From Flectonema sp. DT1601 (Eukaryota): a stretch of 64,000 nt of DNA. Made by a program: the position numbers and the translations under genes. The notes beneath the pieces were generated by a model. That model had not been told where the DNA came from. It saw only the letters and a list, made by a program, of their open reading frames with translations, and did no database searches. The stretch spans positions 806,001 to 870,000 of the forward strand of contig OZ025788.1 of NCBI GenBank assembly GCA_964019425.1, written 5' to 3'. Position 1 is the first letter of the stretch; each line of letters starts with the position of its first letter. Shown here piece by piece: positions 11,317 through 24,400 of this stretch.

Positions 11317-11934
11317 CTAATACGTTCCCTCTGGAGGTTGGCGAGTCTTTCTCTCCTTGCTTACCATTTCCTATTTGAATTTGTTAATATAGTTTTTTTT
11401 TCTAAACTAATTTCTTCTTAAATGAAATGTTGAAAAACACAATTTCATACCTGTCTAATTCCTAAAAGGCAGTCCATCATTCCAAGGGAAGGTTTCCATC
11501 CATTAAGTACAGCAATCTTATTTCTGTCTACCTCACCTCGGCTGTTGACACATCCCATGTTTACTCGGCTGAGGAACGTAATAGTTGGTGGCTGTTTGTT
11601 ATTTTTGTTATAACTATAAAAAGTCAACAATACCAATAAGAGAATACCGCCATACCACATTTGGATAGTTCTCATCGCAGTATATCTTCAAGCTGTAAAT
11701 ACGATTTTCGAACGTTGATCCCATAGGGCCAAAGATCGTGGCGTTCCAGTGATGCATATAAATGTCTGAGTAGTCTTCAAGACCGAGGGAAATACCTGTT
11801 TGTTAGATTTATTGGGTGTGTTTGTAACAGCAGTATCGCTGTAAATAATACACACCTGCAGAAGCAGGATCTTTTTCGGCCTTCTCCAGCTCATCAATCA
11901 GTTTGAAATTCCGAGGAACGACTACCTTCGCCAT
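11317..11934 (-). CDS. UEV1: Ubiquitin-conjugating E2 variant (MMS2/UEV1), 4 exons; introns 11796-11855, 11592-11655, 11371-11450
   Basis: Spliced translation MAKVVVPRNFKLIDELEKAEK...ISLGLEDYSDIYMHHWNATIFGP.GSTFENRIYSLKIYCDENYPNVPPTITFLSRVNM...RQPPEGTY*; all introns GT-AG and frame-preserving. Confidence 0.92.
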
Positions 11935-13937
11935 ATTATTATTTAAGTTGATCCCTGGACGGGGGAGGCGGGATTTTTTTTTTTTTTTTTTTTCCTTTCT
12001 GGAGAAGAAATCGTAATCGCTAAAACATCAAACAGCGGGCTCCCATTAGTGATTTGCGAACAGTACTGCTGTTAGAAGAAGGCTATAGATAGTTAACAAC
12101 TGAATTGTGTCTTTTTTTACTTTTCCATTGCCATACTTTAGAAGGCATAACGGAATGAACATTTTGACTTTTTTCTTTTTCTTTTTCTTCTCTCTCTTCT
12201 TTTATTCTTCTTCCTCCAGTATTACTGGTGGGTGCTGCTTTTTAGCTTAAAACTAACGGTTTTCGTAAATCTCTTATTTTTTTTTTTTTTTTCCTTTCCC
12301 CGTTTTTTTTCAATCACTTTTTTTTTTTTTTTTTTTTTTTTCCTCTTTAATTCGCTCCGTCCCACCGTCGTTGAAATTTGGATACAGAAAGTTTTTAGAA
12401 CGACATGACAGCAAATCCGGACGGAGGTCCTTTACTACAATCGAGTGGGCTAAACAACCCAAGTTCGAAATAAAAAGTGTTCGCACCCTTCTAAATGGGT
12501 GAGAAGGCACACATATAAAAGAAACACTTTATCACAATTACATTGTTTTTCACACATCGGAAGGGGATGCAAAAACAAAAAAAACATGACTATACGCTGA
12601 CTCATAAAACGGAAACCAGACTCGAGGGTTGGGGGGGTCGAGGTGGAGTTGTGCACTTGTGGTAAGGAATTAGAAACTCAAAAAGTGTAACAAATAAAAT
12701 AGGAAAGAACTTTTTTTTTTTTTTTTTTTTTGTTGTTGTTTTTTTGTTTTCCTACTACTCCGTACTAATAAACAAACACGCAAACAACAAAAAAAAAAAA
12801 AAGAAAACACGACACTGCGACAATACAGTGCATGAATCTCTTCTTTTTTCCAGAAACAGAAGCACAAAAAACTACTCTCGTCTGCTAAGCAGAAATATGC
12901 AGCAATTACTGCAAAAAACACAAATAAGACAAGTTACATAATAGAAATTTCACCGTAAACTATCTAACGGAACAGAAGCAAAAAAGCTTAAACACTACGA
13001 ACAGCGCAATATATCATGCTTCGCAATCCATTACACATCAGTTCGTAAACTTTTTCGTCTTTTCTCACTAAAAAGCACACAACACTAACGTAAGAAGAAA
13101 CTCGCAAGTAAAGCGGTTATATTTTATTCACAATAGCAGCTGACAAAGGCATCGACAATCAACGGGTTTGTTGTCAATGAGACTTTTAAAGATAAGCGCA
13201 GATTAGCAAACGTCGTGGGATTTAGAGAAAAAAGTGTCCAACTAAAAAGAGAAGCGAGTAGTTTTATTTATTTTTTATTTTGTTTTTCCTTATTATTGAT
13301 TTCAACTAAGCCAGAAACCGCGGGCGGACTGCGAGGTAAGGAGGGGAAGTCAATCAAATATTGTGAGTGATATTATTGTCGAACTCACTTTTCACAAATG
13401 TAAGACGCAGTAACGTTCCTTCTTGAATAAACGCCTTGCATCTCTGCGCCCAACGGAAACTCGGGACGGTAAGGGAGGGTAGCATCCTGTTGTCCAACAA
13501 GTACCCCGTTGGTCGCACATGTTGTTACAGTAAGTCGTGGGCTCCACGGCTCAACAGAGGAATTGTGAGACAGCCTCAATAACAAAGACACAATAAGAAA
13601 AAGATTGTCCAGGCGAGGTACGACTAATAATGAAACACAAGCACATGATAGCCGGGTGCACTTGTGGGGTGGGAGTGGGGCAGCTGGGAATCCTATTCAT
13701 ATCTCTTTTGGTTACATTCGTTATCAAGATGGCTAGTTGTACTGGTATTTGGTGAGAGTCACCCATTCCGATTTTCTACTTGTCTTTTTGTACATAAAAC
13801 CTGCATTGTTCCTCTGACCTACTTCTACTTCCATAAGAGACAGATCATGTAGCCTAGCGAGTATTCATTAATTGCACTTCCTCCATCCAACACAAAGTTG
13901 GCATCAGTGCATCAGATCGGATCACACGTCATTATAC

Positions 13938-13992
13938 CATAGTCACTTAGTACTATGTCACTTAGTACTATGTCACTTATAACTATGTCACA
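13938..13992. repeat. 15-bp minisatellite (ctatgtcacttagta), about 3.5 copies, just downstream of the MAP kinase stop
   Basis: Direct inspection. Confidence 0.85.
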
Positions 13993-14036
13993 CATGAAGA
14001 TTCATTCTCCGAAACAACATGTTGCAGGAAGAAATG

Positions 14037-15613
14037 CTATTCTTCTACTGCCAGTTCCTCTTTCAGAGCTTCTTCTATTTCTTCAATTCGGTAGTCGCTG
14101 TTAGTACGTGCCATGTACTTGTTTGGATCTCCACACATGCTGTTATTTGAGACAGCTGGTTTCCTCATACTCGTGTTAGGTAAGTCACACGTTGCAGGTG
14201 AATCTGCCGTGTTGGATCTGGTTAGGTACTCCTGTTCCATTCTGAATCTTTTTTGAATATTCGCGATCTCAACGCCTAAAGCTCCATTCAGTTCGTCAGC
14301 TGTCTTGAGGTTTTCATCAAATATGAACCTTTCCACTGGTGGGATGCTTTGCTGTGTTTTTATGTTTTATATTACCTCCCTGAAATCAAAACCACACAAC
14401 GTGTACTAAAGTTACAAACCATTTCCTCTTCATCGAATAGCGGCGTTGGCCTCTTGAAGAAGTCGTGGCGAAGAGCCTGCTCAACATCAAATCTATTTTT
14501 TTTTTTTTTAATTAAAATTACCATCAGAAGCAACGTTTTTTACAGATATAAATTCATACCTTTTACCAGAGTTAAAAACCAACAACTTTGAGATTAAATC
14601 AAGCGCCAGTGGATTACTTGTCCTTATCATTCGCTCCCAAGGAGCAGGTGGAATTCCTTTCAATTCTCGGAACAGGTATTCCTTTGCTGAAACAGATCCA
14701 ATATTTGCGACATCCTCAACGTCTGGTGTTCCGATAATTTCGATGATTTTATCCAGCTGGTTGTAAAAAGTTGTTCCCGGAAAGAGTGGTTTCCGGTTAT
14801 ATAATTCCGACATGATGCAACCAGCAGACCACATGTCTATTTTTTTATTATATTGCTTCCACTGCATGACTAATTCTGGTGCTCTGTACCACCGATAAGT
14901 AACGTAATCGGTGCTTGCACCAGGACCGTCTTCCTTCGCTAAGTTAAAATCACAAATCTTAATGTCATTTTCAGTGTTAAGTAAAATATTACCCGGATGT
15001 AAATCTCGGTGGATTACACCGGCATCGTGAAGGCACTTGAGACCGTGATATATCTGAAACATGAAATACTGGATATGTTCTTCAGTTAAATTAACTGTAG
15101 GGTCTCTAATAATCTGTGACAGGTCACTATCCATACATTCCATTACCATGTAAATTTTAGTCAGCTTCGAAGGAGGACTTTGGTCACTCATGACAGTAAT
15201 CAGTCCTAAGATGTTGTCATGGTTAAAGTGAGATAGTAACTTTACCTCTCTATAAACTCTTTTGCATAAGAATGGCTCATTTAATATTATTACTTCTTCG
15301 TCAGCTGATGCTTTTGCTTTGTAGACTCTTTTTATTGCAACTTTTTGATCTGTTTTTTTTTTTTTTTTTTTTTGTTGTTGTTGTTTTGTTTTATGTTCAT
15401 AGATATTATTTTTTTATAAAAAGCGATGAACTACACACGTGTTCCTTCTTCTACTCCTCCGCAAACCTCACCGTATGATCCTCCACTTAAGTAGGTCGTT
15501 ACCTTCCACTGAGTGGTTAGGCTGTCGACCTCTTTCCTCATCTGTTCAAGCACCATTCGCTTCTTTTCTACAGCTTTCGCCGCCTTCGCATCTTTCGGAG
15601 CCTTTCCAGACAT
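14037..15613 (-). CDS. MPK10: MAP kinase of the trypanosomatid MPK10 type, 4 exons; introns 15350-15438, 14493-14559, 14352-14419
   Basis: GSYGEVC, VAIKRV, FLCKRVYREV, atypical HRDLHPGN and DFN motifs, TDY activation loop, RWYRAPELVMQ, TFYNQL, closely matching Leishmania MPK10 as I recall it. Confidence 0.88.
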
Positions 15614-16680
15614 ATTTATAGAGATTGGTGACTGTGGGAGTACAGTCCTCCCTGTGCACCTAATGGAATGGAAGTAAATTAAAAGTCTTCTTTTTTTTAA
15701 TGAAGAATAAAACGAGAATTTTAAAGGCACTTTCCTACACATTTCCATAAGATATCAAGCGAACTAAATCTATGGAGCTACTTAGCAGCAGCAACGTGAG
15801 TAGCTCCCATTTCCATTTTGTGAGTTGCTGTTGTCTTAAAGAAGATAAAAAAATCTATTTTAACGATTGTCAATATTTTCTTAAAAAAACACAAACCTGA
15901 TGTGGGGGTCTAATTTCTTTTTTTTTTCTGTTTTTTTTTTTTGAACGTATAATACAGATTCGAAAAGTATTTTCGTTTTTTTTTATAATTTCATTTCTTT
16001 TTCTTTATTTATTGTTTCTAACTGTTTTTTTTTTTTTTTAAAACGAATGGGATACAAGACTCAGCAGACTCGACTGGTCCGTTTTTGTATCAATCCTGCT
16101 GTCAACATATCCCTCTCGGATACAATTGTATGTTTCTCTCAAAATTGAAAAACGACAAGCAGTGAGAGGAATAAATCAAAATTCACAAAAAAAATACTGA
16201 ATAGCGAATCCTACCCAATAATACAAATAACGCTTCAATAAACAAAAATAAAGACGAATAAAAGGGGTTAGGGACACGCTTGAAAGAACCCAAACCAAAA
16301 CTGAAAGTGTAAAGAACCTTTTAAGGGTATGAGAGCGAAAAGACAATAACCTTAAAACAACAAAAAGCTAAGAAGAGAAATTGCTCCGCTGAGAGAACGG
16401 CGAACATCATTCTCCACAAGCAAGTCTGAAGTGTTTGTATGTCAGCAGGTTAGCAGCCTTTTAAGAACAGGTAGCAATCACAAGGAAGATACCTGCCTTA
16501 CAAATATAACGGTTCTGCTATTGCTACTACTGCGTAAGCACATGCTTTTCAGCTGTGAGGATGTCTTGAGGGTAAGATAGCAAGGATCGCAATACGAATC
16601 TTATTATTTCTTTGGATTTAATCTATTGTCTGGTGAGCAATTAGAAAGCTCACCATTGAGAGTGTTGCAGGGAGTGTTGC

Positions 16681-19008
16681 TCAGTATTCTCCTGAAAGGT
16701 GATTTTCATCATCTTCTTCTTCCTCTTCTTCGCATTCTTCAACTTCTTCCTCTTCCTCTTCTTCATCTTCGCCCTCGTCATCTGTGTTGTCATCACGTTG
16801 GAGAATGTTACCTTTCAATTTCTCATACTCTGCGACTACATAATCGGCACTCGCCCCCCTGTCCTCCTCTTCTTCTTCTTCTTCTTCTGTTTCTTCCTCC
16901 TCTTCTTCGTCCTCTTCTTCCTCCTCAGTTCCTTCCTCATTGGGTAATTCATGAACTACAACATGAGCTGCTTGCTCTTCTGCTGGCTGTTGTTCCCTCG
17001 CTAACCTTCGCCTCTCTTCTTCTTCCCGAGACAATACGATTGGATGACAAATCTCTTCAGACTCTTCTTCATCACTACTTGATGAGGATTCGTATTCCTG
17101 GTGATGAAGTTTTGCTTCTTCTGCCTGCTCCTGTTGGATTTGCTGTCGTTGCTGCTGTCGCAGTTTACTCAATCGCTCTCGAGCTTTTATTCGACTTGTT
17201 GTAGTCATCATCATCGGGTCTTCAGGGCTTTCGCATTTTGGTATAGCGTCAACTGGTATGGTTGCTTCCCGCTCATCAGGAATTGGATTTTGAATGAAGA
17301 AGTTCCACAAGTCCATTACCTGTGAGGAAGTCACAATACCTTCTGTAGCAATGTGTTGCATCACACCGAAGTCTACAGAACATAATTCCTCCATCTCACT
17401 TTCTACATTACGAGGAGAACTAACAGGAGCCTGAGAGACAGAACGCTCTCTAAGTTCCAAAGGAGGAGGTTCCTGACTACCGTAATGAGTGCCTGCTGGA
17501 ATTTGAGGTGCGCCAGGTGGAGATTGATCTACTGGTGAAGATAAGAAAACAGTTTCATGTTGAGTGATCTTAGGTACCGTAGGGCAGGTATTGGTTAAGA
17601 ATTCCCAAAGAGAAACAGACTGCTCAGGGTCAACATCATCTGACTGCATAAGAAGCTGGTGGTCAACAACCATTAGCTGTTCAACTTTCCAAACAGGTTC
17701 AGGTGGTTGTGGATACATTCCCTCGATAGGAGGGAGAGACTTTATTGACTCGCCAGCGTCTCTGACTGGAGCTGTTTGTGGAGGTTTTCCATATTTTGAT
17801 TCATATTGTAAAGGTTCTAATTTGGATGGCTTTCTGTTGACCTGTCCTGCAGTCTTCGAACGAGTGAATGAATTTCCAGGAGATCGGCCCTGCCCTACTT
17901 TGCTCTTTTCCGTTTCTAAGTCTTCCATCAGCTGTTGAATAGATTTGTCTTTCTTTTGATTCTTTTTCTCTAATTCTTGGCGGAGCTTCTCACGTTTTGC
18001 ATCGCGTTCCCGTTCGCGCTTTTTCGCATCCTCTCGTCGGGAAGCTGCGACGCGTTGCCGCTGCTCTTCTTCCTTTTGCTTTATTAAACGTGCCTTAGCT
18101 TCAGAGGCAGCTTTCGTGGCTTCTTCTCGCTTTGCCTTAGCAACGGCGCGTTCATTTCTCCCAACGTCGCGCACATCACGTTTAGCACGGCGTTCAGATG
18201 GAATCTTCTGAGGCTGCTGTTCTTCACTTCGCTCTTGTTGTATTCCACGAACTGCGTCCACAGCTGACCCTCGACGAGGGCTATCTGCGACATTCTCACT
18301 TTGTAATTGATAGTTACCATTCGGTACTTCTGATACTTCCACTTGCCTGCTGTTCTCTGAGTGTTCTTGAATCTGAACATTTTTAAGAACTTGAGCGTGC
18401 TGAAGGTTCACATCATAAGAAGGAAGTGAATGCTGTTGTGGCGGTTGTTGTGTTTGCAGCTGTTGCATTTGGGGTTGTTGTGGTTGTTGTGGATGCGGTA
18501 GTTGATATTGTTGTCGATGAAGAGTACCCGAAAGGTCTGTTTGTTGCTGAGAGATGCGCGGTGGAGATGAGTTTCGAATTGTGTTAACGAGTCCACGGAT
18601 AGATTCGTTGAATTGGTCACTGAATTCCTGTTGTTGTTGATGCGGCAGCTGCTGCTGTTGTTGGTGCTGCTGCTGCTGTTGTTGTTGTTGTTGTTGTTGT
18701 TGTTGGTGCTGCTGCTGATGTTGAATTATTTGTGCTTGATACACAGAACCTCTCGGACTTCTTGTCGGAGCCCCACCTGTGGAGTAGCCATTACCAGAAG
18801 GTAACTGCTGTCTCTGAGAAGATGATATGTAACCTCCAGAGTTCTGCAGCCCCTCGTTGAAGTGATTCGGAGGCGGCTGCGGTGGTGGCTGAGGTGTTTG
18901 CTGCGGAACTGCTGGTCGTTTCTCGCCGAAGAAAGAGATCTGCGAAACAGAATGATGTGCCGCACCGACAACATGACCCCGTCCTCCCTTCCCTACTTGA
19001 GGTTGCAT
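16681..19008 (-). CDS. Low-complexity protein (poly-Q N-terminus, charged coiled coil, poly-E C-terminus)
   Basis: Long ORF; likely start MQPQVG at 19008. Confidence 0.75.
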   Translation of the reverse strand: MQPQVGKGGRGHVVGAAHHSVSQISFFGEKRPAVPQQTPQPPPQPPPNHFNEGLQNSGGYISSSQRQQLPSGNGYSTGGAPTRSPRGSVYQAQIIQHQQQHQQQQQQQQQQQQQHQQQQQLPHQQQQEFSDQFNESIRGLVNTIRNSSPPRISQQQTDLSGTLHRQQYQLPHPQQPQQPQMQQLQTQQPPQQHSLPSYDVNLQHAQVLKNVQIQEHSENSRQVEVSEVPNGNYQLQSENVADSPRRGSAVDAVRGIQQERSEEQQPQKIPSERRAKRDVRDVGRNERAVAKAKREEATKAASEAKARLIKQKEEEQRQRVAASRREDAKKRERERDAKREKLRQELEKKNQKKDKSIQQLMEDLETEKSKVGQGRSPGNSFTRSKTAGQVNRKPSKLEPLQYESKYGKPPQTAPVRDAGESIKSLPPIEGMYPQPPEPVWKVEQLMVVDHQLLMQSDDVDPEQSVSLWEFLTNTCPTVPKITQHETVFLSSPVDQSPPGAPQIPAGTHYGSQEPPPLELRERSVSQAPVSSPRNVESEMEELCSVDFGVMQHIATEGIVTSSQVMDLWNFFIQNPIPDEREATIPVDAIPKCESPEDPMMMTTTSRIKARERLSKLRQQQRQQIQQEQAEEAKLHHQEYESSSSSDEEESEEICHPIVLSREEEERRRLAREQQPAEEQAAHVVVHELPNEEGTEEEEEDEEEEEETEEEEEEEEDRGASADYVVAEYEKLKGNILQRDDNTDDEGEDEEEEEEEVEECEEEEEEDDENHLSGEY

Positions 19009-19823
19009 GGGTGTTCGGTTCGACAGGTGTAGCGCATCAGGTTGTTTAGAGCTGATGAAAGAAGAAGTACTTATATAGATACACACACACGCTTACAATT
19101 ATTCATATACAACACTCAGTAACTCGAGTATACGCAGCTGGTAAGAAAGATATTTTGTAATTTAATCAAAAGAGTTCTAACAGCCACTAACTAAACTGAT
19201 CCAAGACTACATTCACATCCTCAACTAAGGAGTGAGAGAGTCACTTGTTTGGTGTTGTTTTCTTTTTGTTATCACACCTCGGTATTTCTTCGTTCTTCTG
19301 TTTTATTTGCCTTCTGTTGTCTAAATTCTATGTTGGCTGAGAACGACAAACCGACTAAATTCTACAGAGGCCAGCTGACTACATCCACTGCAGAGCTGCC
19401 TCACGGAAGGCTTCTTGTTGCAGACAACGTCCGACTCCAGCAGCCAGGTTCACACTAACAAAACGAAACATAACTTTTTTTTTTTTTTCCCGAATTTCCA
19501 TCTTCCAGTGCAATGCTTTGTAGGCATTACCTCTGAAGAAAGATCTTGTTGTTTAACGACGGATGGGTAGGGTAAATAGTTTTGTATTTCGGACAAAGAC
19601 AATCCTACATTTCGAAAAGTACTGAAGGCTTCACGGAAGCAGAAAAAAGATACAAATTACAAAGGGTACTCAAATGAATACAAAAAGAGGAGCAGAACTG
19701 CTACCTATCAGAGGTACGGATATAGCTACTTTTGACCTGTTGGTTGTTTTTTAAATTCGTTATGAGTCTCAAATGAATAAGTATAAATAATAGAACAGAA
19801 CCATACCGCTTATTACAATATAG

Positions 19824-20891
19824 TTACCCGTGGCCATTACTATTATGTGGTCTAGTTAAAGGACTTCGGTCAGCTACATCAAGAGGATCGTCAGCCAGTA
19901 GTCGATTTGGTTGATTATTCTCTCCCATCCATGGAGATAATTCAATCGCACAGAAAACTCTCGGAGTTGTTCGCGAAGACTTATCAGGAACTACGTCACC
20001 GAGAGGTTGTCCAACTGGCCAAAGTAATCCCATTGTTAAGCATACAGGAACTCCTCCAATTGTAGTCGAAATTGAATTATTTTCTGAGATGCTGTTGTTG
20101 CTGTTGCTGTTGTTAGTGTTGTTGTTGCTGCTTCCATTAGTATCTTCATTCTGCGGAGCCTGATTCCCCATATAAAGTGATGTTCCAAGAGCAATACCAT
20201 CACGTGTCCAGGAGATGTCAAGTGTTGAGAGAGGTGAGAGTAAGTCCCAAAATCGAGATATTTTAAGTGACGCAGCAACCTCAAAGACAGAATCCGCCTT
20301 AGTGGCTACGTTACCAGCGAATCGAGCTGATGTTACGAGTGATTGGAGGCTGTAGGAAATGGTGGCAGTCCAACGGCGGTATATATCACCACAAAGAGAA
20401 GCAGTTAGACTACGAGGGAAGTCTATAGCAATACCTGAATGTAAATTAGGTGGCGCCTTCGGGTGCTGAGTCACACCAACACCAGTTCGAATATTAATTG
20501 GGACAGTGGGAGAAGATAAATGTGACCAGAAGAACGTCATTGACTTTGAATTGTGTGAATATCTCGCAAGAGAAGCGGATGTTCCCTTAGCATGGAGAAT
20601 ACTTGCCCACCAACCAGGACTGTTGCCTGACCATTGACTTAATTTCATTTGTAATCGTCCAAGAGTATCGTATGATTTACAACCTGATAAATCAATTCTC
20701 ATACAACCAGGAACCCAATACAGGTCCATCTTATTGGAAAACCTTCCAACATCTTTAGGACGAACTGCTACATGTGATATTACAGAAGGGCGATCACTCA
20801 GACCACATGATCGAATCTTCAACCAATCTAAAACACTACTACTAACCTGATCGACACCAACAGAAAGATCTCTATGAATACATGTTGCCAT
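19824..20891 (-). CDS. Hypothetical beta-strand-rich protein
   Basis: ~355-aa ORF from MATCIH; no recognised motif. Confidence 0.65.
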   Translation of the reverse strand: MATCIHRDLSVGVDQVSSSVLDWLKIRSCGLSDRPSVISHVAVRPKDVGRFSNKMDLYWVPGCMRIDLSGCKSYDTLGRLQMKLSQWSGNSPGWWASILHAKGTSASLARYSHNSKSMTFFWSHLSSPTVPINIRTGVGVTQHPKAPPNLHSGIAIDFPRSLTASLCGDIYRRWTATISYSLQSLVTSARFAGNVATKADSVFEVAASLKISRFWDLLSPLSTLDISWTRDGIALGTSLYMGNQAPQNEDTNGSSNNNTNNSNSNNSISENNSISTTIGGVPVCLTMGLLWPVGQPLGDVVPDKSSRTTPRVFCAIELSPWMGENNQPNRLLADDPLDVADRSPLTRPHNSNGHG

Positions 20892-21489
20892 CTCCTCCAA
20901 TATGGGAGGGGAGTACTGAAAGAGGGAATTGAAGTTTATCGATACTCTTCTTCAGAGATATAGAGATTCTGTTAACCTGTAGGTGGGATGAGGAGAATCT
21001 ATATTTTCCCAAACCAATTCAAAATAATATCCTTTTCTAAAATAGTAGCACTGGTGAGTGTCTCATTATCAATTCATCTAAAAAGGGAGCAACGTGACAC
21101 AAACGACAGGAATTAATCTGACATACGTAACAGTCACTCAGTGCATAAAGTGTTATTCTAACAAGAAAAAATCTTTTTCGGGGAGGAATTCTTCTTTTTT
21201 TTTTCATCTAAAAGGGAAGGATTCGACCGTAAAGTCATAATCTATTCTATTGGAACAAGGAAGAGTCTCCTTGGATGCTATTCTGTTTCAATCTAAATCA
21301 AAAGAAAGTATAAATTAAATAACTGGAATAAGAGAGGTCACGGGGAGGGGAGCATAGTCTGTCAAGGATCTCCAATTATTTAGATTAGGAGACCAGCTGG
21401 AGTGGTGTCTACAGAGAGAATACTTCCTCTTGTTCTGTTTAGTCTGTTTGTTTTTGTTTTTTTTCCCCATAAATTTCTTGCTGTGAGTC

Positions 21490-24400
21490 CTAAAGACCAA
21501 ACAACACATACGATGCAACTGAAGTAAGACTTGAACTCCTGCGGTAAGTCTTCTTCTCGGTTGATGAAGGGGGCTTAGCGTCTGGTTCTTTTCCAATGAA
21601 TGAGTTTTCGTCAAGATTCGTATTCGTCCATCGATTCTCAATATCAGAAGCAGCGTTTCGTAAATTTGATGAAAGATGACTGCGAGAAGCTGACGAAGCT
21701 CTACTCGATACCGCACTCCTGCTACGAGTTTCCCTCTTGAGATTTTTGTATTTCGCAGTTGCCTCAACGAGTTTTGCTTTGAGCTTATCATTTTGTTCTC
21801 TGATTGCGAACTCCTCATCGATAGTATTACAGTTAGCAGATGTCGTATTCGATATGATGTCTCCCAGAATTGAGGTGTTGGATGCTTCAGATTTCCACAT
21901 TATTTCATTCTCTTTCGCACGTTCACATACTTGTTGAGCATTCCACTCTTCAAGTCGTCGGAGTTCTTGATCTTTAACTCTGCAGGCAGCTTCAGATTCT
22001 TTCAAACGCTGTTTCAAATCTGTCGCACTACTTTTATCAACTTCACACTTAGACAGTCTGGATCTCAGAGTCCTCTCTCGATCTTCCATTTCCTGCAGTG
22101 CTTTTGACAAGCGGGTTGTCTTCCTGCCAGTGGAGTCGTTTTCCTCGCGTTCTTCACGTAGAAGTCTTCTGATTTGCTTCTTTTCTTCGTATATGCGAGA
22201 TAGCTCTTCTTCTTTTTCATCAATCTCCTGCTGTAATTTAAGAATCATCTTACGCTGGATTGCAACCTTGTCTTCAAGTCTGGCTATTTGACGAACGTGA
22301 ACCGAACGGTCTGGTGAGTTGGATTCGCTTCTCTTTGAAAATGATTCATTGTCCTCAAGAGTTTTAATACGGTGTTCCTTAACTAGAAGTTGTTGTTGTG
22401 ATGTGTACAGTGCTTGACGAGTGTTTGATAATTCACCTAATTGAGTATCCCTTTCATTATTGACTGCAGTAAGAACTGCTATTTGCCTTTCAAAGTCACT
22501 GGTACCAGAATTCAATAATTTATTACTCAACGTTAAAGACTCGATAGTAGCTCTCTGTTGATCTCTTTGTAAGTCTGATTGGCGGATCTTTTCTTCCAGA
22601 GATTGGATGAGAACATTATTTCTAATAATTTCAGACTTTGAGTTCGTGATGGTTTCTTTGAGTGAGTTGTTTTCTTCAACAGTTCCAACGATTGCTTTTG
22701 AATTTAATAACTCTTTCTGTAGTTGAGTGATGATCAGTTTCTGTTCATGACAGTTACTTTGAAGTGATTCATTGTCAGATCTGATCTTATTCATGTTTTC
22801 AACCTGACGGTTGCTATCTACTTCTGACTGATGAATAGTCTCTCTTAAACAAGAGATTTCATCAGCTTGTCTGCTACACTCTAATTCTGAAACATCTCTG
22901 TCAGACCTTGACTGTTGTAGTGATTCTTTCAGTGTTTCCAATTCCATACATTTCTTCTCAAGTTCACCTGTAACCTTTCCAATGCTAATTTGGAATTCAC
23001 ACGTTTCTTGTTCGCTCTGAGTTGATGAAGTAGTTTGTAGTTCCTCAATCTGAAGTTGTAAAGAATTATTGACAGTTTCAGAATCAGAAAATTGTTGTTC
23101 AAGAATAGTTGTGTTGTTTTTTAAAGTAATAATTGTTTCGTTTAGCGATGACGACTTCAACTGTTCTTCATTGTGTGACTTTATCAATTCTTTATTACTT
23201 TCTTCTAATAGATGTACTTTGGTGTTTAGAACAGATATCTCTTCTTCGTGAGACTCAATTAATTTATTTTCTTTATCAACTGTTTGCTGAAGGGATACTT
23301 CCATTTTGCTCTTCAGGTTGTTTAAGTCTTGTTTTTCATCTTCCAGCTGTTGGAGTTTGACTAACTGTTCTTCGTGTGAAACTATTAAGAGTTGTTCCCT
23401 TGAAAGGGTTTCTTGTAAAGAGGTTTCTTGAGATTCCAAATCTGCCTGTAAAGATGAGAGCTTATCGGACAATGAATTAATTTCAGACTCATGAGTTTCA
23501 GTTTGAATTTTGTACTCACCTGAGAGACGAGTAACATCCAAAGTAAGTGATGCAACACATTCGTCTTTCTCTACACATTTCAGATCCAATTCCTGTTGCA
23601 GTTCCAACAATTGTGCTGACAATTCCGCAACCTCTTCAGCTGAGTTTGTCGTCGTTCTCGAAACTTTTTTTCGGAGTTTTATAATTGTTTCTTCCTGTTG
23701 TGATAGTTCCTTTTGTATATCAGTCAGCTTGCCTTGTGATGTTTTGTAGGCTGCCTTGTGGTCAGAAATATCACTTTCAAGAAACTTAATATTATCTCTA
23801 AGTTCATTCTCTACATAAAGTTGTTCCGACTGTGATTGTGAAAGAGAGTCTACTGCTGTAGAGTGGAGTGCTGATTGCTCCTCAAGTTGCTGCTGAAGGT
23901 TTTTGATGTTATCGCGAAGACCGTTTTCTGATTCTAAACGCAACAGAGAGTTCTTCTGAATTTCTTGCTGAAGTGAAGTAATGTTACTCTGAGCGAGATC
24001 CTTCTCAGCAGTTAGTATTTCATACTGCTCGTTGCTTTGTAATAATTCCTCTTTGAGATTATCAACTGACTTTGCAACAGACGCAGAATTGCTATCCGAC
24101 TGCAACAACTTCTTACTCAAATCATCCCTCTCAGAGAGAAGTCGAAGGATCTTATCCTCACTCTCAGATGAGGCTTCCTCCCAGGAGGTTATTTTTTCTC
24201 TCGATTTTTGCAATTCACATTCTACCTCAGTCTTTTCATCAACAAGTTGAGCATACGCTCTACGTCTGGTATCGACATCAGACTCTAATTGTTTTTGGAT
24301 GGCGGTACACTTCTCTTCTTGCGATGCCAAATTCCTTTTCAAACTCGCAATGTCTTTGTCACGTTGATTACGTTCAGTCTCGACCGCTTGTACTTCCTGA

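Noticed and set aside
16626..18804. Plus-strand Leu/Phe-rich ORFs
   Set aside because: Antisense shadows of poly-E and poly-Q coding repeats
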